Source of the DNA: Sphyrna mokarran | Taxonomy: Eukaryota | Length of the DNA stretch: 64,000 nucleotides | Assembly (NCBI GenBank): GCA_024679065.1 | Contig: JAGIQG010000006.1 | Location: forward strand, 72,726,001 to 72,790,000 | Reading direction: 5' to 3' | Shown: positions 53,890 to 64,000 of the stretch, piece after piece | How positions within the stretch are numbered: the stretch's first letter is position 1 | How the letters are laid out: every line of letters begins with the position of its first letter | Notes under the pieces: model-generated | Databases searched by the model: none | Told to the model about the DNA's origin: nothing | What the model saw: only the letters and a program-made list of their open reading frames with translations | Made by a program: the position numbers and the translations under genes

Positions 53890-55140
53890 CCTAATGTTCA
53901 CAAAAAAAAAGGCAAATGAAATCTAGCTAATTATTACCCTATCAGTCTCCTCTCAATCATCAGCAACGTGATGGACGGATGGAAGGTATCAGCAACAATG
54001 CTATGAAGCAAAGTTGACATAGCAATGACCTCCCAGATGCTCAGTTTATGTTCCAACAGAGACGGTGAGTTCCAGCCTGCTCCAAACATGGACAAAAGGG
54101 TTGAATTCCAGAGGTGAGGTGGGAGTACCTGACCTTTTTAATTTGAGCATTTGACTGAGTGTGGTATCAAGAAGACTGAATAAAACTGGAGTCAATGGGA
54201 ATCAAAGGGTTATTGTCTACTGATTGGAGTCAAATCTAGCACAAAGGCTGCGATTGGTAGACGCCAATCATTACAACTGCAGGAGCTCCTCAGGGTAATG
54301 TCCTCAGCCCAAACCTTCACCGGGATGTAGGCATCACTGGCTAGGCCAGTATTTATTGCTCATCCATAATTACTTTTGAAGAGGTGGTGGTGAGTTCCCT
54401 TCTTGAACTGTTGCCATCCATGTGACCTAGAATCATCCACTGTGTATTAGGAAGGGGGTTCCATGGCCTTAACCCTGTGACAGTGAAGGAATGGAGCTGA
54501 GGGGTCTGCTGGAACTCAAACTGAGTGTTCATGAGCAGGTTATTTCTGAGAAAGTGCCGCTTGACAGCACTGTTGATGACACCTTCCATCACTTCACTAA
54601 TGATTGAGAGTAGACTGATGGGACAGTAATTAGTCACGTTAAATTTGTTTCTTGTGTACAGGACATACCTGGATAAAGTTCCATATTTCATGGTAGATGC
54701 CAGTAGAACAGCTTGGCTTGGGGTATTGTAAGTTCTGGAGCACAAATCTTCAATATTACTGCTGGAATATTGTTGGACTCAGCCTTTGCAGTAAACTTGT
54801 GCCTTCAGCTGTTCCACGATTTCACATGGAGCAAATCAAATTGGCTGTATCATGGACAGATGCATGTGTGCATCTGCTAAAGGCAGATTGATGAAGATGA
54901 GGTCAAGCACATGAAACATTATCAATTTCTTATTGGTTACCTCACCACCTGCCACAGATGCAGGTTAGCAGCTATGTCCTTTTGGACTTGGTAAGAAGTC
55001 TGACAACATCAGGTTTAAGTCCAACCGATTTATTTGATAGTAAACTCGCAAGCTTTCGAGGTTCTCCTCTTTGTCAGGTCAATGAGGTGTTCTGGACTTG
55101 GCCAGATCAGTCAGTAATAGTGCTATCCAATCACTCTTGA
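53890..55140. mobile_element. Two opposed LINE (CR1/L2 group) fragments: + 53890-54315 and - 54320-55140
   Basis: NYYPISLLSIIS on the plus strand and NYCPISLLSIISEVMEGVIN on the minus strand; PQGNVLSP motif. Confidence 0.75.
54991..55092 (-). mobile_element. Penelope-tail mini-insert (about 100 bp) with hammerhead motif and 9-bp TSD
   Basis: Near-identical to 3960-4050; TGGACTTGG at 54983-54991 and 55093-55101; reverse complement CUGACAA A GAGG AGAA CCUC GAAA GCUU. Confidence 0.85.
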
Positions 55141-55148
55141 AGTACCCC

Positions 55149-56024
55149 NNNNNNNNNNNNNNNNNNNNNNNNNNNNNNNNNNNNNNNNNNNNNNNNNNNN
55201 NNNNNNNNNNNNNNNNNNNNNNNNNNNNNNNNNNNNNNNNNNNNNNNNNNNNNNNNNNNNNNNNNNNNNNNNNNNNNNNNNNNNNNNNNNNNNNNNNNNN
55301 NNNNNNNNNNNNNNNNNNNNNNNNNNNNNNNNCCACACACACCACACCCCTACCAACACANNNNNNNNNNNNNNNNNNNNNNNNNNNNNNNNNNNNNNNN
55401 NNNNNNNNNNNNNNNNNNNNNNNNNNNNNNNNNNNNNNNNNNNNNNNNNNNNNNNNNNNNNNNNNNNNNNNNNNNNNNNNNNNNNNNNNNNNNNNNNNNN
55501 NNNNNNNNNNNNNNNNNNNNNNNNNNNNNNNNNNNNNNNCANNNNNNNNNNNNNNNNNNNNNNNNNNNNNNNNNNNNNNNNNNNNNNNNNNNNNNNNNNN
55601 NNNNNNNNNNNNNNNNNNNNNNNNNNNNNNNNNNNNNNNNNNNNNNNNNNNNNNNNNNNNNNNNNNNNNNNNNNNNNNNNNNNNNNNNNNNNNNNNNNNN
55701 NNNNNNNNNNNNNNNNNNNNNNNNNNNNNNNNNNNNNNNNNNNNNNNNNNNNNNNNNNNNNNNNNNNNNNNNNNNNNNNNNNNNNNNNNNNNNNNNNNNN
55801 NNNNNNNNNNNNNNNNNNNNNNNNNNNNNNNNNNNNNNNNNNNNNNNNNNNNNNNNNNNNNNNNNNNNNNNNNNNNNNNNNNNNNNNNNNNNNNNNNNNN
55901 NNNNNNNNNNNNNNNNNNNNNNNNNNNNNNNNNNNNNNNNNNNNNNNNNNNNNNNNNNNNNNNNNNNNNNNNNNNNNNNNNNNNNNNNNNNNNNNNNNNN
56001 NNNNNNNNNNNNNNNNNNNNNNNN
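55149..56024. other. Assembly gaps around a CA-rich low-complexity island
   Basis: Runs of N interrupted by ccacacacaccacacccc at 55333-55360. Confidence 1.
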
Positions 56025-56734
56025 TTGCCACTTTCAGTGCCTCCTTCAAGCTGTGTTCAACATGAAGGAGTACTAACTCATCAGCTGAAGGGGGGGGGGG
56101 GGGGAGGGGAGGTGGACAGTATGTAATAATCCCCAGGACTGTTAGGGGGAATCATCCAACTACAGCCTGGCTGATACCCTGGCCTGGCACATTGAGCCCC
56201 AAGGGTATCAATGCCAGCATGTCAGGGACCAATGCACCGTTGGCACTGGCAAAGCATATGGGCTGAACTGGATCCTGAGTGGATGTTTGAGAAAGGCTGA
56301 GTGCAAATCTGAAAGAGGGGCAGATTGGGTATCTGAGGAGGACGGTAGCTAAGGCGGGGGGGAAGTCAGGACACATTGATTTGGTGTAGGTGGGTGTTTA
56401 CCATTATTTGCATGCTGGAGAGGAGAATGTTTCTCTTTGCTGAAGGGTTGGTGGTGTTCCCTTGGACCCTCATGGGGTCCAATACACCAGATCAATGATC
56501 TGAGATCCTGTACCAAAGCCCATATGGTGCAGATCCCGCTGGGGAGACGGGTGAATAGTGGGAAGGAATTGAATTGGACTTCAAGCCAACTAATCATAAA
56601 AGTGCATTTGAATATCTATCAGGTTCCCACATGCATTCCCAGGAATCCAATCAGGGAAGTCTGGCTGACCAGAAGCATCAGAATGGGTTTGGTGACCAGC
56701 ACAAAACCTATTTTTCAGCTGACGTCTGATTATC

Positions 56735-58294
56735 AAGATAGACAAGTCGCCAGGACTGGATGGGATGTACCCCAGGTTATTGTGGGAGGTGAGGGAAGTG
56801 GTTGCAGAGCCCCTGGCAATGATATTTGCGTCGTCCATGGAAACGGGAGAGGTTCCGGAGGATTGCGGATGTGGTTCCTATCTTTAAGAAAGGGAACAGG
56901 GGGTAATCCAGGAAATTACCGACCGGTGAGTCTGACTTCAGTGGTTGGTAAGCTGATGGAGAGGCTTCTGAGGGATAAGATATATGAACATTTGGAGAAG
57001 TTTGGACTGATTAGAAATAGTCAGCATGGTTTTTGTCAAGGGCAGATCATTGTGCCCTTGACACAAGGCTCGTAAGCCTAGTTGAGTTCTTTGAAAAAGT
57101 GACTGAACACATTGACGAAGGAAGGGCAGTGGACGTAGTGTACATGGACTTTAGCAAGGTGTTTGATAAGGTCCCACGTGCAAGGCTTCTGGAGAAGGTG
57201 AGAGGGCATGGGATCCAAGGGGCTTTGGCCTCATGGATCCAGAACTGGCTTGCCGGCAGAAGGCAGAGAGTGGTTGTGGATGGGTCTTGTTCTGCATGAA
57301 GGTCGGTAACCAGTGGACTGCCCCAAGGATCTGTTCTGGGACCCCTGCTGTTTGTCATTTTCATAAATGACCTGGATGAGGAAGTGGAGGGATGGGTTAG
57401 TAAGTTTGCCGACGATACAAAGGTCGGTGGTGTTGTGGATGGTCTGGAGGGATGTCAGAAGTTGCAGCGGGACGTAGACAGGATGCAAGACTGAGCGGAG
57501 AAGTGGCAGATGGACTTCAACGTGAATAAATGTGTAGTGGTCCATTTTGGCAGGAATAATGGGATGAAGGAGTACAATATAAGGGGTAGGAGTCTTAGCT
57601 GTGTTGTAGAGCACAAGGATCTTGGGGTCCGGGTCCATAGGACTCTTAAATTGGCCTTGCAGGTGGAGGAAGTAGTCAAGAAGGCGTACGGTGTACTGGC
57701 CTTCATTAATTGAGGAATGGAGTTTAGGAGTCAGGAGGTAATGATGCAGCTCTATAAGACTTTTGTCAGACCCCACTTGGAGTATTGTGCGCAGTTCTGG
57801 TCGCCTCACTATAGGAAGGATGTAGAGGCTATTGAGAGAGTGCAGAGGAGATTTACAAGGATGCTGCCTGGATTGGGAGGCAGGCCTTATGAAGATAGGT
57901 TGAGAAAGCTGGGACTCTTCTCACTGGAGAGTCGTAGGTTGAGAAGCGACCTGATAGAGGTTTATAAAATGTTGAGAGAAATAGATAGGGTGGACTCTCA
58001 GAGACTATTTCCCTGAGCTGAAATGGTCACTACGAGAGGACACAGATTTAAGGTGCAGGGAAGCAAATACAAAGATGTCAGGGGTAGGGTTTTCACTCAG
58101 AGGGTGGTGAGTGAATGGAACCAACAGCCATCGGAGGTTGTTGAGGCAAACTCACTGGGGCCTTTTAAAAGACTTCTGGATGAGTATATGGAAAAGAATA
58201 GGATAGGGGGTTATAGGTAGGTCTGTGGATTGGTTGATGTGATCGGCGCAACTCGTGGGCCAAAAGGCCTGTATTGTTCTATGTTCTATGTTCT
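56735..58294 (+). mobile_element. Relatively young 5'-truncated CR1 (HER1-like) LINE
   Basis: [55 protein letters not shown] and VRPHLEYC; 3' tail (ttctatg)n. Confidence 0.95.
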
Positions 58295-58479
58295 CTGGGT
58301 TATTGTGCTTCTCGCTGGGAGCAAGTGGGCTTGGAGAATCACGGCTATGGTGTACTTGATACAGAGTCATGTCAAAGGTTACAACACAATATAAGAGCAG
58401 ATGATTTGGAGGTCACATTTAACTGTAAGGGCATGATATTTGGTTAGTAAGAGGGAGAAGAGTCTGGGGATTTGGACTG

Positions 58480-59590
58480 GGAAATTAGCAAGTAGAGTAC
58501 CACAGAGATCAACGCCAGTTCTTCTGCTATTTACAATTTAGATCAATGAGTTGAATGAAGGGAATGAATGTATAATGTCTAAATTTGCTGATGATATCAA
58601 AATAGATAGGAAAGTAAGTTATCAAGAGGATGTAAAGAGCCTGCCTAGTTATGTGGATAGGTATTGTATGGGCACAGGGTTTTCAATTAGAGAATAATGT
58701 GGGAAAGTGTGACAGGAAGAATAGAAAAGCAGTATATTATTTAAATGGAGAGAGACTGCAGAACTCTATGGTGTAGAAGAATCTGGGTGTCCTGATACAT
58801 GCCTCATTTTGGATGGGATTTTCCGGCCACACTTGCCTCAAAGCTAGAAAATCCCACCTGAAGTCAATGGACCTTTGCATTGGCTGTTCCCTGCCTGCTA
58901 CGATTCCTGTGGTAGGCAGAACAGGAAAAATTCCCTCCAAAATGTTTGTTTACAGATACACCTATGAAGGAAAATGCCAAATTGACGTTTTTTGCAAGGA
59001 GAATGGAATGTAAAAGTCAGAAAGTTTGTATAGGATCTTGGTGAGACCACATCCAGAATACTATGTAAATTTGGTCTTCTTACTCAGAAGAGGATATGTT
59101 TACAGCGGAAGCAGTTCAGAAAGGTTCACTCAACTTATTCCTGGATAAAGGGCATACTTTATTAAAAAAAAGTTTGAACAGGTTGGATCTTTACACATTG
59201 GAGTTTAGAGGAAGAGGTTATCTTATTGAAACATCTATGGTTCTAAGGCGCTTGGAAGGGTGGATACGGGAAGGATGTTTTCACTTCTGGGAGAGACTAG
59301 AACGAGGGACACAATTTAAAAATAAGATGAGATGTAACAATTTTTTTTCTCTTAGAGGGTCAATAGAATATGGAATTTTTTTTTGCCTAGTAAGCAGTGT
59401 TGACTGGATCATTGAATTTTTTCAAGGCAGAGTTAGATAGATTTTTGGTAGACAAGGGAGTCAACACTTACAGGGAGCAGATAGGAATGTGGAGTTGTGT
59501 CCACAACCAGATCAGTCAATGATCTTTTTGAACGGTAGATCAGGCCCGAAGGGCTGAATAGTCTATTTCCGCTTCCATTCCTATGTTTTA
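58480..59590 (+). mobile_element. Older CR1 LINE 3' fragment interrupted by a MITE at about 58812-58938
   Basis: KFADDIKI, LVRPHPEY and tail ggcccgaagggctgaatag..ttcctatg; MITE gggattttcc...ggaaaaattccc related to 43960-44080. Confidence 0.8.
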
Positions 59591-62500
59591 CAGCTGAATG
59601 GATGAAGGCATGAGATAAAAAGGATAGTAATGTGAAATGTACAGAAACAAAAGGTGGCTCTAGCTACAAATTGGTATTAGCAGAATTATTACCAGTAGCT
59701 GCTCTCTGAAGAAGTGTGAGCAGTGCTTATGATCCAAATGTTGAATCCAGCTTTCACTGACAACAGTGGGATCAGGTAAGCTAAGGATGAGTGAGTAGGA
59801 TTGATAAATGATGGGCCATTGATGACAGAGACTAAAATAAATGTTGAATGAACAGTTGATTAAGCATAATCCAGTCTTGACTTTGATACTTGGGATTGGA
59901 AATATTGTTTTAAAATGAGAAATTGCAACTTGCTATTATTTATTAACATTTGGAGTGCCACATTTACAATGTCGCCAAGGCTATTAACGTAGTGATACCA
60001 CAACTCAAAATTATCGAAAGCAAAATGTAATAACAAATTCCATCCAATATATAATATAAATATTGTTCAGTGCAAGCAATTTCAAATATGTCATTTAACT
60101 GATATCTTTTTTATTTCATAGTATGTAAATAATACTGGTGATGCACTTGGGTAATTATAATTTTAAAACATCTGAAGCACAATGAGCTGAAATACAGCAG
60201 TATTTGAAGAGCAAAGCACTAATCATTAAACAAGCAAGGGTGCAAGGTATGACTTACCCTTCAGAGGTGGCCTTTTGTATAAGACTAAGTTTTGTGGATC
60301 TTGGGAAGCTACTGATCTTATGACATTTCAGTTCCATTAAAATTCAGATTCTGTTAAAGAATGTAAATGTTAACATCTCTTCTGCAGACACATGTAAATG
60401 TTATTATTTCTTTCATCTGTCAGAAGGGAAGTGTACATGAACACTTACATGACATTGTTCACAGTTACTCCAGAGCAGTGTATGAATTGAAGACATTATT
60501 GTTATGGTGTAATTTGAGGTTCTTTTACAACTGGCTGGATTTACATAGGGATTTAGACTAGCAAACAAAAGTTTCACAGGAACTATAATGCAAACATTTA
60601 ATGTGAAGCTGGATTACCGACTGGCTGCCACATTTCACTCTCTACCAATCCCATTTACACCAACTGTCAAAATGGTTTCCATATGCATTAGAAAAATGAC
60701 TGTCTGTTTATTTTAGTGTCTGCAGTAACAAAGTGCAGTTGAAGGCTAGAAGTAAGATTCAGCATATACAGAATGGATTTCGATACATCACAAAGCTAGA
60801 CGTCCAGGTGTTATGATGTGTATTTGTTTGAACTGTGTGAGATTTCCAAGCTGGTTAAGTGCAAATCTTTTCTGATCTGAAATTTACACAAAATATTCAA
60901 TTACAAGAAAAGAAAATAATGTCTGTGTAAAATTCCCAACTGGATTGGAGATTTAATTTTAATTAGATTGAATAGGGCCCTTTTCTGTACTTTGTGTGAT
61001 GACACCTTTTGCAAACAATTTGGTGATAGTGAGTAAGTGGCCATCTTGTGAACGCTTTAACTAATCATGTATTTTGGATTGAACTCAATGGGCAACAAAA
61101 AATGGCACAAAGTTTAATCTTTAATATTAACGACTCAGTAATATTCCACTTGTCAAAACTGCACAATTCTACTAAATAATTTCATGAATTAAATCATTTC
61201 TACTTTTTAGTTAAACCATCCTGTCCACCACCTTAAAATGTTCACTCCTCTGCCACAGTTGCTGCGTGGACCATCGACAAGATGCACTGAATTCAGCAAC
61301 TTGCCAACATTCTGTTGACAGTACTTCTGCTCGTTTGTTCTGTGCGTGCTTTGGTCAGTGGAGGGTGTTGTGACTGCATGAAGTTCTCTACTTAGCCTAA
61401 AACCTAGCTTAAAATTTTGAATATGCCTATCAGATATCTTCTCCACCTCTTAGAACAAGTTTCTCTGAACTGTCCTCCCTGGTATGTAGGGAGTGGGGAA
61501 TTTTCCGTGGTCAGTGAATCATTAGCTGGATGGGGTTCATTTTAACTCATCACCAAAAAACTAGATTAAATGAATTCCTTTTTATACAGACGACATGAAC
61601 ACTTGGCCAGTTATAATGGTGGAAGCAAAAATTCTGAATCAGTTTTAAAAGCAAATTGCATAAATATAGGAAAAACGCATTATTTTACAGATGTGGCAAA
61701 GAATAGAAGAATGGGATTAAGTGGTAGTCTTTAATTAATGAGTGAAGAGTTTACTTTTATGAAGTTTAATTCAATAATTGTGTGTTATAAATACAAAGCT
61801 GAGCACAGCATTGTGGTGATTGTGCTTCTGTATTGCTATATTGTAGCCTCATATTCATCTAGGGACGTCATAGTTACTAGGTAAAAAGTAAATTCATTCT
61901 TCCTTTCCTAATCACAATATGTCAGTTTAACATTGATTGTAAAAGAAGATTGCTCCCTGAGTTACATGCATTCACAAAACATCCTCTATATCTCTCAGAC
62001 TACCCAAAATAGTCTCAAAGCAATTCTTTCCTGTTGTGTTATATCTTGGTTTCATGGGTAGACTTTTGAATGTCTGCAAACTTCTGGAATGAACAGTTTC
62101 AATATTTATTGTAACTATTTCTTATAATTAAAAGAGCCCAACAAATGAATATTAACTGCCAATGCATCAAAATATTTTGTTCAGTTTTTAAAATAAGTAG
62201 CATCATTCAGCTAATGTGAAGAGAATTCCACAATAGTATTCATCAATTCTTAAATGTGAGAGGATAAAATCATTACTTAACATCATTTGATCACCATGAG
62301 ATTATATTGAGAGTACTCCTGAGCACAGGAATGACCAGAATCCATGTAAATCAGATGGTTGGAATTACAAAATCTCTTCTATCTACTCATTCATCCAGCT
62401 AGATATATTATGATATCTTTGACAAACTGGAACAATTCCCCAGTAAATGTCTTCCGACTAAGCTTTGCAAAGAGACAATCAGCAGGTTCATGTATCACGT

Positions 62501-63211
62501 TGAGTAATAACAATTAAACATAGAAACTAATTAAAGACTGTGATCTGGATTTGTATGGTAATATGAAATCCACCATAAAGCTTTCCTAGCTATATGAATT
62601 CAAGAAAATAAATAGTAAATGATAAGACTGAGTGGCTCATCTCTTTCAGATGCATTTTTAACGTATGATTTGAAAACAACGTGTTCACCTTATTTTTGAT
62701 CATAAATGTATGATGATGTTTTCTTCCTAATTACAGTCCCAAGTACCATTTCCTAACAGGTGACACTTGTGCGCTCTTTCCATCCCCCTCCAGCTGTTCT
62801 TGTGATCTGCGAAAGGTACAGTTGTATTTGCATCTGTTTGCTGATCTGGCACCAGCTCTAGCACTCCTCCCATCAGTCTGCCATTGTTATCATTAAGCCA
62901 ATTTCTGCTGCTTTCTAAGGCTGTTTCCTTCAGTCTTCAATGTCACATTTCCCCTTTCCCTCCTCCTCCATTCCTAATCATTGTTGCTCAATTGCTCCAA
63001 ATCTCTAGGGCAATATTTAAATTCATTTAGCTGTGTTGTTGACTTGATTTGTGTTATGATCATTGGTCAGACCTCCAACAGGCAAACTGTAGTTGAACAC
63101 TTCACATTGCATAATAAATGGCAAACAAGACCAAAACAGATTCCGTGGATTCCTAACAACTCATCCAGACATCCATAATGCTGAGAGTCAAACAGTGTGA
63201 TTGAAAATTGG

Positions 63212-63414
63212 GACAGCATTTTCTGTGCAACTTGCTGCTGTTTCATGGTGATTGGGGCTGCCTCTATTGGCTAGCACAAGAATCCTTTAGTTCTGCCATT
63301 ATCAATGGGGTTTCCCATTGAATGCACTCCTCATCGCTGGTAAACTTGTGGCTGGGGAATGCTATCAGCAGGACTGGAAAATACTGTTGGCATGAATGAT
63401 GAGAAAATTCTGAC
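63212..63414. mobile_element. MITE-like element
   Basis: Shares the caatggggtttcccattgaatg core with 30851-31040; cagcattttct/agaaaattctg termini. Confidence 0.6.
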
Positions 63415-64000
63415 CTTTGTCTTTCTTGCAAAGATTTCCAATCTTCAGCTTTGAAGATCTTGCCTTGGAATTCTCTCCAAAGGTTGTTCCAACTCAGATG
63501 GCCTCAATGGTGGTCTATCTTGCAGGATTTCAAAGTTGCCTTCTGAGATTCTGTTCCCTTGGATTCCCAAGTACATTCAAAAAAGCAACTCACAAATACA
63601 ATTCCAACTCTCTGGCTATGTCAAACAGAACATCTCTGCTCCAAAGAAGGATCATTGTACCAATGGTCCACAGCATGGAGTCACGAAACTTCTATTGCCA
63701 CATTGGATCTTCAGGGTTTCTTTATATTCCTTTTCAATTAACAGACTCAGACTGCAAACTCTGACTTGGCAGCAACAATGGCCCATCTCTAGTGTTTCGA
63801 TCTCATCTTCTCAGATTCTGCTCCTTTGGATTCCTGAGTAGACATCCAAGTGTCAAGTTGCAGGCACAATTTCAGGTCTTAGGTCACGACAAATGGAACA
63901 TTTCTGCTCCAAAGTGGTACCTTTAGCCCAGTTGCCCTGTTCAATCACCAGAGTTTCTCTTTACTTAGAGTATGCTCCCTGCAGCCCTTTCTCTAATTTG

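Noticed and set aside
57231-57809. 192-aa minus-strand ORF
   Set aside because: Antisense shadow of the CR1 reverse transcriptase

Overview
Eukaryotic (vertebrate) genomic DNA, most likely a shark, judged from the tRNA-derived V-SINE/HE1-like, DeuSINE-like, CR1 and Penelope repeat content. The + strand carries the last ten coding exons of a Groucho/TLE co-repressor gene (7334-26242). Diagnostic residues point to TLE4. All ten exons have GT-AG boundaries and consistent phases, and the 5' exons lie outside the window. The remaining ~38 kb is gene-free. Introns and flank are filled with decayed transposons: Gypsy LTR relics, CR1, RTE and RTE-X LINEs, Harbinger transposase and MITE relics, SINEs and two Penelope-like element (PLE) families. 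The most striking structure is a dispersed family of minimal type I hammerhead-ribozyme motifs (CUGANGA, stem II, GAAA, AGCU palindrome) with copy-to-copy covariation in stem II. They sit in one 2.3-kb PLE, whose inverted pseudo-LTR ends at the predicted cleavage site next to a target-site duplication (TSD), and in several 90-190 bp TSD-flanked mini-inserts. There are three assembly gaps. All homology calls come from reading and translating by eye, and no database search was run. Repeat boundaries are approximate.
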